This document shows, piece by piece, positions 47,510 through 54,979 of a stretch of 64,000 nt of DNA. A model generated the notes under the pieces. It had not been told where the DNA came from. It worked only from the letters and a program-made list of their open reading frames with translations, and searched no databases. Origin of the DNA: a virus; the IMG/VR virus record IMGVR_UViG_3300032607_000125, positions 66,183-130,182 of that record; one strand, written 5' to 3'. Position numbers and translations under genes: made by a program. Each line of letters opens with the position of its first letter. Position 1 is the stretch's first letter.

Positions 47510-47550
47510 GAAAGATCATCGAATCTTTTCACAATAGTTCTTTAACAATT
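47510..47550 (+). promoter_or_regulatory. Hairpin + rrn-like boxA antitermination site
   Basis: gaaagat/atctttt hairpin then GTTCTTTAACAATT (47537-47550), between an early promoter and tRNA-Glu. Confidence 0.65.
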
Positions 47551-47565
47551 CAAGTTTCTTATTTT

Positions 47566-47640
47566 ACTGCTATCGTCTATCGGTTAGGACACTAGGTTTT
47601 CAACCTGGTAAGCGGGGTTCAACTCCCCGTAGCAGTACCA
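47566..47640 (+). tRNA. tRNA-Glu(TTC)
   Basis: TT-TTC-AA, CCA. Confidence 0.9.
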
Positions 47641-47728
47641 TATTAAAGCACATTAGATTCCTTTTACTCTGCCCTCTGCACCTAGTGCCACTGGCGGATT
47701 AGATTTCTTTTAGTGTGCTCTAATATGG
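47638..47728 (+). repeat. Stem-loop element H2
   Basis: ccatattaaagcacat ... gtgtgctctaatatgg. Confidence 0.65.
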
Positions 47729-47777
47729 TAATGAAGGACTAATTACCCTTCACCATAATCGGGAGTCATGAACCGAT

Positions 47778-47861
47778 GAACTCGTAGTCATCTAATGGTA
47801 AGGTAGGCCCGATTATGGGGCCGCATGCAGGTTTCGAAATCCTGTCTACAATGAGTTCGCA
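47778..47861 (+). pseudogene. tRNA-like element with non-canonical loops
   Basis: D arm TAATGGTAA, ggccc/gggcc stem with loop GATTATG, 9-nt T loop, extended acceptor stem, no CCA. Confidence 0.5.
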
Positions 47862-47930
47862 TATACAAACATACTTAACCGCCCATGTTGCACCTAGTGC
47901 GTGAAGGATCCGAGAGTATGTTTCTATATG
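47860..47930 (+). repeat. Stem-loop element H3
   Basis: catatacaaacatac ... gtatgtttctatatg; shares internal tgcacctagtgc with H2. Confidence 0.65.
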
Positions 47931-47943
47931 TTTTAAAAAGATT

Positions 47944-48018
47944 GCGGCATTCATATAACGGTCATTATCTCGGATTGTCTATCCGAAGACGGGAGTTCGA
48001 CTCTCCCATGTCGCGCCA
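47944..48018 (+). tRNA. tRNA-Asp(GTC)
   Basis: TT-GTC-TA, G73, CCA. Confidence 0.92.
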
Positions 48019-48145
48019 GTATTAGTTGGATTGATCATCCAAGATAGTAAACGCTAACCGTCGTGGCCACCCGGCGGTTCTTGCAGTGTTATACTGCTAC
48101 GAAAAGGCGGGGTAAGAGTCCCGATATAGGGTGTGCTAGTAATTT

Positions 48146-48221
48146 GGGGGATTAGCTCAGCTGGGAGAGCAATTGCTTTGCAAGCAATAGGTCAACGGTT
48201 CGATCCCGTTATCCTCCACCA
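48146..48221 (+). tRNA. tRNA-Ala(TGC)
   Basis: G3:U70, TT-TGC-AA, CCA. Confidence 0.95.
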
Positions 48222-48229
48222 AGTTTTAA

Positions 48230-48301
48230 GCGGGTTGTTTGTGGAATACGTTTAGCCTTCCAAGCTGAAAGATGCAGGTTCGAATCCTGTAGCCCGCTCC
48301 A
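48230..48301 (+). tRNA. tRNA-Gly(TCC) with a shortened D arm
   Basis: CT-TCC-AA, U73, CCA; only 72 nt. Confidence 0.8.
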
Positions 48302-48356
48302 GTAACTCTCCCTTGTATGCGGAGTATAATATGATAAGTAGTATACAAACGAATTA

Positions 48357-48441
48357 GCCCCGATGGTGGAATTGGTAGACATCCCGGTCTTAGAAGCCGG
48401 CGCCGAAAGGCATGCGAGTTCGAATCTCGCTTGGGGCACCA
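48357..48441 (+). tRNA. tRNA-Leu(TAG)
   Basis: CT-TAG-AA, long variable arm, CCA. Confidence 0.93.
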
Positions 48442-48585
48442 AAGCAGCGTATAGGTTACATTATTCAGTATGAGCAACAGGGTACCTAGGTAAATCCTTG
48501 GGCGGGCAATAGTACGTACATCAATGTAACAGGTGGTAGTGATCTACTTCGGACGAAGACCTCAAAACTTCGTCTACTAAATTTA

Positions 48586-48677
48586 GGAAAGTAATGCAGC
48601 GGGGTTGGTCCTGCGACCAGCCTTGAAAACTGGGTTCTCTTAATCGGGATGGGGTTCGACTCCTCTGCTTTCCGCCA
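48586..48677 (+). tRNA. tRNA-Ser(TGA)
   Basis: CT-TGA-AA, long variable arm, G73, CCA. Confidence 0.88.
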
Positions 48678-48685
48678 ATGTTTAT

Positions 48686-48761
48686 GTTGTCGTTAGTGTA
48701 ATGGTTAGCACCAGAGATTGTGAATCTCTTAGCATGGGTTCGAATCCCATACGTCAACCCA
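48686..48761 (+). tRNA. tRNA-His(GTG)
   Basis: G-1:C73, TT-GTG-AA, CCA. Confidence 0.92.
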
Positions 48762-48762
48762 T

Positions 48763-48838
48763 ACAACTTTAGCTGATGTGGTCATAGCGGTGTCTTGAAG
48801 CGGCATTGAAGCAGGTTCGATTCCTGCAGGTTGTACCA
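48763..48838 (+). tRNA. tRNA-Phe(GAA)
   Basis: TT-GAA-GC loop, wobble-rich anticodon stem, CCA. Confidence 0.78.
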
Positions 48839-48903
48839 AAAGTTTTGATAGTGTCGTAGATTTTGCATTAGTAGTTTAAGCAGAGGAATACATTATCAAT
48901 CAT

Positions 48904-48978
48904 TGCCTTATAGCTCAGAGGAAGAGCAAACGCTTGATAAGCGTTAGGTCGACATTTCGAAATTGTCTAAGGCAACCA
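48904..48978 (+). tRNA. tRNA-Ile(GAT)
   Basis: TT-GAT-AA, CCA. Confidence 0.9.
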
Positions 48979-48984
48979 ATTTAA

Positions 48985-49019
48985 TGGACTGAAACTTTAA
49001 GGTGAAGTAATTGGCTTTA
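48985..49019 (+). pseudogene. 5' half of a tRNA (Lys-like), broken at the anticodon loop
   Basis: tggactg-aa-actt-taaggtg-aagt-a-attgg-cttt, followed directly by a late promoter. Confidence 0.6.
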
Positions 49020-49051
49020 TTATATAAATACATAAACTATAAGGAATATGT

Positions 49052-49654
49052 ATGGAAAAATGTAAATTTTGCGCAAAATTGGGATTTAAGAATTTAAAAA
49101 TTCATGAAAGACAATGCAAAGAAAACGTTAATAGAACTTGTGCTATTGGTCATAAAGGCGGAAACCACTTTACTACTGGTAAATCTAAAACACATTCTGA
49201 TTTTACTAAAAATAAAATGAGCCAATCACAATTGGGGAAAGCTCATACAGAAGAGACTAAGAAAAAGTTATCAATTATACGAAAATTATATTTAGAAAAT
49301 AATCCAGATAAAGTTCCATATCTTTTAAACCATTCTTCAAAGATAAGTTATCCTGAACAATATTTTATTGATTGTTTTATTAATGATGTTGATGCTAAAT
49401 TTCAACATCATGTTTATAGATATAAATTAGATTTTGCCAATGTCAAAGAAAAATTATACTTTGAAATTGATGGTGAGCAACATTATAATGATAAAAGAAT
49501 TGTTGAACACGATATCAAAAGAACTCAAAAGTTAAATGAAATGGGATGGACATGTTTTAGATTGAGATGGTCTCATTTTCAAAAGTTAAACGAAGAAGAA
49601 AAAAAACAAAAAGTTTTAGAGATACGATTTATGATGAAATGGTATCATAGTTGA
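49052..49654 (+). mobile_element. Homing endonuclease, Zn knuckle + NUMOD3 + Vsr/DUF559-like nuclease
   Basis: CKFC, HTEETKKKLS, SYPEQ, LDF...EIDGEQH...D..R...GW..FR. Confidence 0.85.
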
Positions 49655-49698
49655 CTTTTAATCAACCTTTCCCAGTTCGAATCTGGGTGAATCGACCA
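49625..49698 (+). tRNA. tRNA-Lys(TTT), overlapping the endonuclease 3' end
   Basis: cgattta/tgaatcg acceptor, atga/tcat D stem, CT-TTT-AA, CCA. Confidence 0.88.
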
Positions 49699-49847
49699 AG
49701 TTTTGTTTATGTGTGTATGGTAATACCTTATGTGAATGCGGACCCATTTTTCATCCGGCTGCATTGTACTCGAAGCCCATAGCAGTAGGTGTCGAGCCTA
49801 TTGGTGATTGACTGAAAATATAGATCACAGTGAACAAATTAATTTTC

Positions 49848-49932
49848 GGAGTAGAAGCATCAATGGTGATGCAGAAGGCTGTAACCCTTCCGCCCTCGGG
49901 CACGCCTGGTTCGATCCCAGGATACTCCACCA
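49848..49932 (+). tRNA. tRNA-Tyr(GTA)
   Basis: CT-GTA-AC, long variable arm, CCA. Confidence 0.9.
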
Positions 49933-50085
49933 GTCAAACGATAGTGCGCACTATCTAACGGTTGTAAGTGACGATGAGTTATATCGGAACTTTCACTATT
50001 TTATTCCTGAGTTTAGCGGGTTTTGCGCAGACCTTGCCAATGTTAGTAACGTGCTATGCGATGAGCACCTTAGGAGCCAGTTTAT

Positions 50086-50160
50086 TCCCCAGTAGCACAG
50101 CGGTAGTTGCGCAACACTGTTAATGTTGATGTCGTACGTTCGATCCGTACCTGGGGAGCC
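50086..50160 (+). tRNA. tRNA-Asn(GTT), CCA not encoded
   Basis: CT-GTT-AA, G73 followed by CCC. Confidence 0.88.
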
Positions 50161-50199
50161 CTTCGGTTGAAGTACAAAATACTTCAACCACAATTTAAT

Positions 50200-50274
50200 G
50201 CGTCTGTAGTATAATGGATAATATTCTAGGCTACGAACTTAGTAATGGTGGTTCGATTCCATCCAGACGCACCA
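50200..50274 (+). tRNA. tRNA-Arg(ACG)
   Basis: CT-ACG-AA, CCA. Confidence 0.92.
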
Positions 50275-50284
50275 AGTATTTTAT

Positions 50285-50360
50285 AACTCAGTAGCTCAAT
50301 TGGCAGAGCACTTCCTTCATACGGAATAGGTTTCCAGTTCGAGTCTGGACTTCACGACCA
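50285..50360 (+). pseudogene. Pseudo-tRNA (CAT) with an unpaired acceptor stem
   Basis: Intact D, anticodon and T arms and CCA, but aactcag cannot pair with cttcacg; anticodon arm identical to the tRNA at 51689. Confidence 0.65.
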
Positions 50361-50368
50361 GTTTTATT

Positions 50369-50442
50369 GCCCTTGTATCCTTAATGGTAGAGGTGTCCTG
50401 TTTTGTAAGCAGGGTGCGGAGGTTCGATTCCTTCCTGGGGCA
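50369..50442 (+). tRNA. tRNA-Thr(TGT), CCA not encoded
   Basis: TT-TGT-AA; acceptor has one mismatch. Confidence 0.75.
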
Positions 50443-50501
50443 CTGGTAATACTGTAAAAAAGATGACTAAACGAAATAGTTATCTTCAAAAATATAAATT
50501 A

Positions 50502-50575
50502 GCCTCGGTAGTTTAATGGTAGAACGTCGTCTTTACATGGCGAATACGGGAGTTCAATTCTCCAACGAGGTACCA
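50502..50575 (+). tRNA. tRNA-Val(TAC)
   Basis: TT-TAC-AT, CCA. Confidence 0.85.
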
Positions 50576-50583
50576 ATATTATA

Positions 50584-50618
50584 GGAGGTCGGGATTTCAA
50601 AATTCCCCCCGGACACCA
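50584..50618 (+). pseudogene. 3'-half tRNA remnant
   Basis: Variable loop ggaggtc, T-arm-like stem, ...ggacacca; no 5' half. Confidence 0.45.
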
Positions 50619-50789
50619 GAATATAAATTAGTCTATTAGCCAACTGATAGATTAACTATGATGACTTTGTATGCCGAAGAACCGTGCATGCATTAAAAAA
50701 GTGGTATAGTCCACAACGGTCTGTCTATCAACTTCACATGTACTTTAAATCGTACATGTGATATAATTAATCTTTAATAGGAATATATA

Positions 50790-50939
50790 ATGAAACCAAC
50801 CAAGAACTTTAAGATGTCCAGCACTACTAAAACACTGTTGGCGTCTATTGCCGATAAAGATGTCTATAACCTTTTTAAAGCAAACATGGTTCAAGCTCAA
50901 CTGGCTTCAGAAATTAAACCAGCAAAAGAAAAGAAATAA
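50790..50939 (+). CDS. Small basic protein (49 aa), not in the ORF track
   Basis: MKPTKNFKMSSTTKTLLA...; early promoter at 50739 and AGGA RBS. Confidence 0.65.
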   Translation: MKPTKNFKMSSTTKTLLASIADKDVYNLFKANMVQAQLASEIKPAKEKK

Positions 50940-50945
50940 ATATAA

Positions 50946-51016
50946 CGCGGGGATTCAGGTGATCGGTCAGTCTCATAAGCTCGACCTAGAAGTTTCGAAT
51001 ACTTCCTCCGCAACCA
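50946..51016 (+). tRNA. tRNA-fMet(CAT)-like, degenerate D and anticodon arms
   Basis: C1:A72 mismatch, CT-CAT-AA, CCA. Confidence 0.6.
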
Positions 51017-51028
51017 ATTAGCGTTTAT

Positions 51029-51310
51029 TTGCAAAGTTCTTATGAAATAAAATTTGCAACTTTATTAGATGAATTGAACATTGAATGGTCTAGACCGGAT
51101 CCATTAACGTGGATAGATGATAACGGTGGTGATCATAGATATTATCCAGATTTTTTAGTTGGTAATATCTACATAGATATGAAAAATGACTATTTAGCAA
51201 TTAAAGATAAACCTAAAATTGATACAGTAAGACACCAAAATAAAGTTGATATTAGGATAGTAACAAAAGATTTTATAACAAAAGATTATATTTTAGCTCT
51301 TAAAGCATAG
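51029..51310 (+). pseudogene. N-terminally truncated TnsA-like PD-(D/E)XK endonuclease
   Basis: SSYE, RYYPDF, IDMKN; no good start or RBS; ends inside tRNA-Thr. Confidence 0.65.
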
Positions 51311-51370
51311 ATGGCGATGTACCGGTTTTGTAATCCGGTTAGTAGGGTTCAAGTCCTTGTGAGAGCACCA
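51296..51370 (+). tRNA. tRNA-Thr(TGT), overlapping the endonuclease 3' end
   Basis: gctctta/tgagagc acceptor, TT-TGT-AA, CCA. Confidence 0.88.
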
Positions 51371-51378
51371 TAACAAAA

Positions 51379-51417
51379 GTTCCGGGTGTGGGAGTTCGAT
51401 TCTCTCCTGGGGCACCA
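51379..51417 (+). pseudogene. 3'-half tRNA remnant
   Basis: gggag-ttcgat-tctct T arm, cctggggc-a-cca. Confidence 0.6.
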
Positions 51418-51502
51418 TATTAAAATACATAAAGTGAGTTAGCTTTAGGCTTTCCACCTATACATAGCAATCGCCGGACCTATGTTGTGTATTTCAATAT
51501 GG
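51415..51502 (+). repeat. Stem-loop element H4
   Basis: ccatattaaaatacat ... gtgtatttcaatatgg. Confidence 0.65.
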
Positions 51503-51553
51503 CAAAACTATTTAAGTACAATGGTCACACGCCCTTGCTTAAATTTGAAGTTG

Positions 51554-51678
51554 TCATATTAGAACTTTATTGACGTGCATAACTTGCAAGTTGCGCAAGA
51601 CCTGTGTGCGGTGATCTAGTAGTTGCGAACGGCTCTTGTACTAGCGAGAAAGCTTATATCGATAATGTTCTAATATGA
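51554..51678 (+). repeat. Stem-loop element H5
   Basis: tcatattagaac ... gttctaatatga. Confidence 0.55.
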
Positions 51679-51688
51679 TAATGTTCAT

Positions 51689-51764
51689 GGTAATGTAGCT
51701 TAGAGGCAAAAGCACTTCCTTCATACGGAATAGATCGTGAGTTCGAGTCTCACCATTACCACCA
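51689..51764 (+). tRNA. tRNA-Met/Ile2(CAT)
   Basis: TT-CAT-AC, paired acceptor, CCA. Confidence 0.88.
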
Positions 51765-51775
51765 TTAATTAATTT

Positions 51776-51854
51776 CCGAGCGTAGGATAGTCTGGCTCAT
51801 TCCGCCTGCTTTGGGAGCAGGATGTCGCAGGTTCAAATCCTGCCGCTCGGACCA
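51776..51854 (+). tRNA. tRNA-Pro(TGG)
   Basis: TT-TGG-GA, C1-G72, CCA. Confidence 0.93.
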
Positions 51855-51920
51855 AAATATAGTGGTGATAATTGGTATCACACTGCGTTAAATGTATAAA
51901 TAATAGTATAGGAGAAACTT

Positions 51921-52583
51921 ATGCTATTATGTAAATTTTGCAACAAAGAATGTAAAAACGAAAACTCTCAACGAAATCATCAAAGACTTTGTAAGAGTAA
52001 TGCTAATCGGCAATCAACATGGCTTGAAACCCATCGAGATCAATTGCCATCTTGGAATAAAGGTCATACTAAAGAAACTGATCCAAGGATTGCAGTTAAT
52101 GCTGCAAATACTTCCATTGGCATGAAACTAGCAATAGGCGAAGGTAGACATTCCGGTGCTTGGAATTCAGAGTATTGGACTGAAGAAGTTCGTAAAAATA
52201 AATCTGAAGAAAAAAAAGAACTTTATAGAAAATTTCCAGAAAAACATCCTAATAGAAAATTAGCTGGAAATAGAAATAAAATGACTTATCCAGAGCAAGT
52301 TGCTCATGATTGGTTGTTAGACAATAAAATATTATTCGAACCACAGAAGTTAATTGATGGAAAATATATTGACTTTTGTGTTGATAATATTGTTATTGAA
52401 ATAGATGGTGAGCATTGGCATCCAATTGGAAATACTGCAGATGCTGACCGTGATTCAAAACTAAAATCTTTGGGGTATGACGTTTATCGCATACGTAGTA
52501 AAGAAAATATACATAGTAGACTAGAAACAATTTTTAATCGCTCTTTTAGTATAAAGGCATTACAATACATTGGTAATGTATAG
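51921..52583 (+). mobile_element. Homing endonuclease, Zn knuckle + Vsr/DUF559-like nuclease
   Basis: CKFC..ECKN..S..NH..LC, TYPEQ, IDF...IEIDGEHWH, D..RD..L..LGY; late promoter at 51895. Confidence 0.85.
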
Positions 52584-52613
52584 ACGCTGGATCGTTACCA
52601 GCAAGGAGCACCA
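52540..52613 (+). tRNA. tRNA-Thr(GGT), overlapping the endonuclease 3' end
   Basis: gctcttt/aaggagc acceptor, TT-GGT-AA, atypical T loop ATCGTTA, CCA. Confidence 0.82.
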
Positions 52614-52623
52614 AGGAGTAGAT

Positions 52624-52830
52624 ATGAATCACGGCGGTAAGGGGTCTAAACCTAGACCAATCAGTGTAAGCGATATTGAATACGCAGATCGTTGGGATAC
52701 AATCTTCGGTAAAGATAAGAAACCTGAATTGAAAGAAGTAGTCGAATACGATAGTCGAAAGATGTTGACTGAAGTAGATCCTCTTCAAAAATTAGTAGAC
52801 ATATCCCAAGAATTGGGATTGTATGATTAA
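52624..52830 (+). CDS. Small conserved hypothetical protein
   Basis: GGKGSKPRP.SV...RWD.IF; AGGAG RBS. Confidence 0.7.
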   Translation: MNHGGKGSKPRPISVSDIEYADRWDTIFGKDKKPELKEVVEYDSRKMLTEVDPLQKLVDISQELGLYD

Positions 52831-52870
52831 CACGGCTTAGTCCTCTACGTAAGTACGACTGGGTTCTTTT

Positions 52871-52953
52871 ACCTGCATGGGGAAATTGGTAAACCCAGCG
52901 CACTTAAAATGCGCCACGCAAGTTTCCCGGTTCGACTCCGGGTGCAGGTACCA
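52871..52953 (+). tRNA. tRNA-Leu(TAA)
   Basis: CT-TAA-AA, variable arm, CCA. Confidence 0.92.
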
Positions 52954-52956
52954 TTT

Positions 52957-53030
52957 ATATCCATAGTGTAATGGCAACACTTTGTTCTCCAAAAGCAACA
53001 TTCTAGGTTCGAGTCCTAGTGGATATGCCA
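52957..53030 (+). tRNA. tRNA-Trp(CCA)
   Basis: CT-CCA-AA, G73, CCA. Confidence 0.88.
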
Positions 53031-53514
53031 ATCATAAGAGTCCTGGACACGCGGACTTTAAAATGAGGTGGATGTAAGTGGAATCCTTACAACTAATAAA
53101 TAAATTATGACACTTATAAAATACAGAGATGCTGGTATGGCAACATACACTTGGTTCTGGGTTGACTCTGAAACTAAACATCAAGTAAGTCCATATTTTG
53201 ATTCTGAAAAAGACGCAAATAAATGGGCAAATAGTGCATAACTGAATCTTGTTTTATATGAATAAATCTATCAAGGGAACTTGGTAACGCTTACAGTGGC
53301 GAATCACTGTGGCAAGTGGAACACTTCCACAATATGTTATGACTACACTTAATGATATGAAGGGTCACTTCATTATACCTATCGCAATGAATAAAACATA
53401 TTGAGTCGTTCGTCACGGGATCGTAACTGACCGCACCAGGGAATCTGGAATTAACCAGTGCACTTTATAGACATATGAAGTTACGAACAAATAGCAGTAG
53501 ATGTATTGCTTTTC

Positions 53515-53548
53515 AAAGGGAATCTTCGGATTCCCTTTGTCGTTTTAT
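53515..53548 (+). terminator. Intrinsic terminator closing the tRNA region
   Basis: caaagggaatc-ttcg-gattccctttg then tcgtttt. Confidence 0.8.
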
Positions 53549-53559
53549 ATAAGTAATGT

Positions 53560-53871
53560 ATGGCAATAAAACCACCCACACCTACAGCCGCAGCAGGCAG
53601 ATATAAAGAACATGCATGTCCAAAGTGTAATGTATTGCACAGAGGTCGGGGACCATATTGCACTAAATCATGTGCTAATCTTGATCGCAGTGAAGAAGTT
53701 AAAAAGAAACTTAGTGATACTAAGAAGTATGGCGATAAGGGTCAACTAGCAACATGGGAACTAAACTGGGGTATAGATTATGAGCCTATCATAGCTGGAC
53801 CGCCCGTGGGGCTAAATGATAATCAATTCGTTGAAGGTGGCGATGTTTGGACTTCAGATGACTCTTGGTGA
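53560..53871 (+). CDS. Small zinc-binding hypothetical protein
   Basis: CPKC...YC..SCAN, RSEE.KKKLS. Confidence 0.65.
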   Translation: MAIKPPTPTAAAGRYKEHACPKCNVLHRGRGPYCTKSCANLDRSEEVKKKLSDTKKYGDKGQLATWELNWGIDYEPIIAGPPVGLNDNQFVEGGDVWTSDDSW

Positions 53872-53911
53872 ATTATAAATAGAATAATATGAAAGTTTTA
53901 CTGGAGATCAC

Positions 53912-54607
53912 ATGCCGTTAGCAAGAGGTTTATCACAATTAGCAGGTTTAATTACTATCGATGGAAATGATGTAATTATGAATGGTGCGCTGGGTGCAAC
54001 AAATTTAATAGGAAATAATACTGGCGATGAAACACTAGCAACTATCAAGAGCAAGTTGGGTGTTACAACCCTCAGTGGTACTAACACTGGGGACCAAATC
54101 ATCCCAACAACTTTGCCAGCCTCTGACGTCTATGCATGGGCAAAGGCAACAATAAAGCCAACTTACTACGCCGCAGACGTTGGCTTGGGCAGTGTTGATA
54201 ACACTTCAGACTTAGCCAAGCCAGTCAGCACAGCCCAAGCCGAGGCAAACACCGCAGTTCAAAACGCAGCAGCCTCAGACGCCACAAGCAAAGCCAATGC
54301 TCGGCAAGCTACCCTAGTCTCTGGCACAAACATTCGTACAGTGAATGGTCAATCTGTGTTAGGCACTGGAGACTTGACTATCTCATCTAGTTCAGTGACA
54401 ATGAGTACAACTGTACCGAATACTCCATCATCTGGAGACCAATGGTGGGACTCTACAGAAGGCGCATTATATATTTATTATGATGATGGTGATTCTCTAC
54501 AGTGGGTTCCTTCTACAAATAATTTTGCTGGTCCAGTTGCAAGCACTACAGAATCAGTCGGAATCACTACAGGTAAATCAATTGCAATGGCAATTGTATT
54601 CGGATAA
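53912..54607 (+). CDS. Tail-fibre-like protein
   Basis: VGLG.VDNTSD..KPVSTAQ, LVSGTNIRT.NG, P..GD.WW...G.LY.YY.D motifs; late promoter at 53874. Confidence 0.75.
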   Translation: MPLARGLSQLAGLITIDGNDVIMNGALGATNLIGNNTGDETLATIKSKLGVTTLSGTNTGDQIIPTTLPASDVYAWAKATIKPTYYAADVGLGSVDNTSDLAKPVSTAQAEANTAVQNAAASDATSKANARQATLVSGTNIRTVNGQSVLGTGDLTISSSSVTMSTTVPNTPSSGDQWWDSTEGALYIYYDDGDSLQWVPSTNNFAGPVASTTESVGITTGKSIAMAIVFG

Positions 54608-54616
54608 GGAATAAAA

Positions 54617-54979
54617 ATGGCAAACCCCAACATAGTAAACGTCACCTCAATTTTTGGAAAAACTAACGGACTAGCAGTGACAACTACACCGACTGCAATA
54701 GTTACGAACCTTTCAGCTTCTAATAAAATTCTTAAAATTAATTCATTAATTATAGCAAATGTTAATGGAACATCATCTGCTGATATAACTGCAGATGTGC
54801 TTAAAAATGGTACAACTTCTCGAAGAATTGCATTTACTATTGCAGTTCCTAATGATGCAACTTTGGTGTTGATATCTAAAGATACCTCGATATACCTTGA
54901 AGAGAATGATAGTATTAGATTAACGGCAAGTGCTAACACCGCCTTGGAGGCGGTGTGTTCATATGAAGAGATAAGTTAA
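54617..54979 (+). CDS. Conserved virion structural protein
   Basis: MANPNIV.V..I.G, I.VP.DATL, YLEE.D, SYEEIS. Confidence 0.7.
   Translation: MANPNIVNVTSIFGKTNGLAVTTTPTAIVTNLSASNKILKINSLIIANVNGTSSADITADVLKNGTTSRRIAFTIAVPNDATLVLISKDTSIYLEENDSIRLTASANTALEAVCSYEEIS

Noticed and set aside
45794-53480. tmRNA, RNase P RNA or GOLLD/ROOL-type giant RNA in the tRNA array
   Set aside because: No diagnostic motifs were recognised and the spacers are only 70-220 nt; an Infernal search would be needed to exclude fragments.
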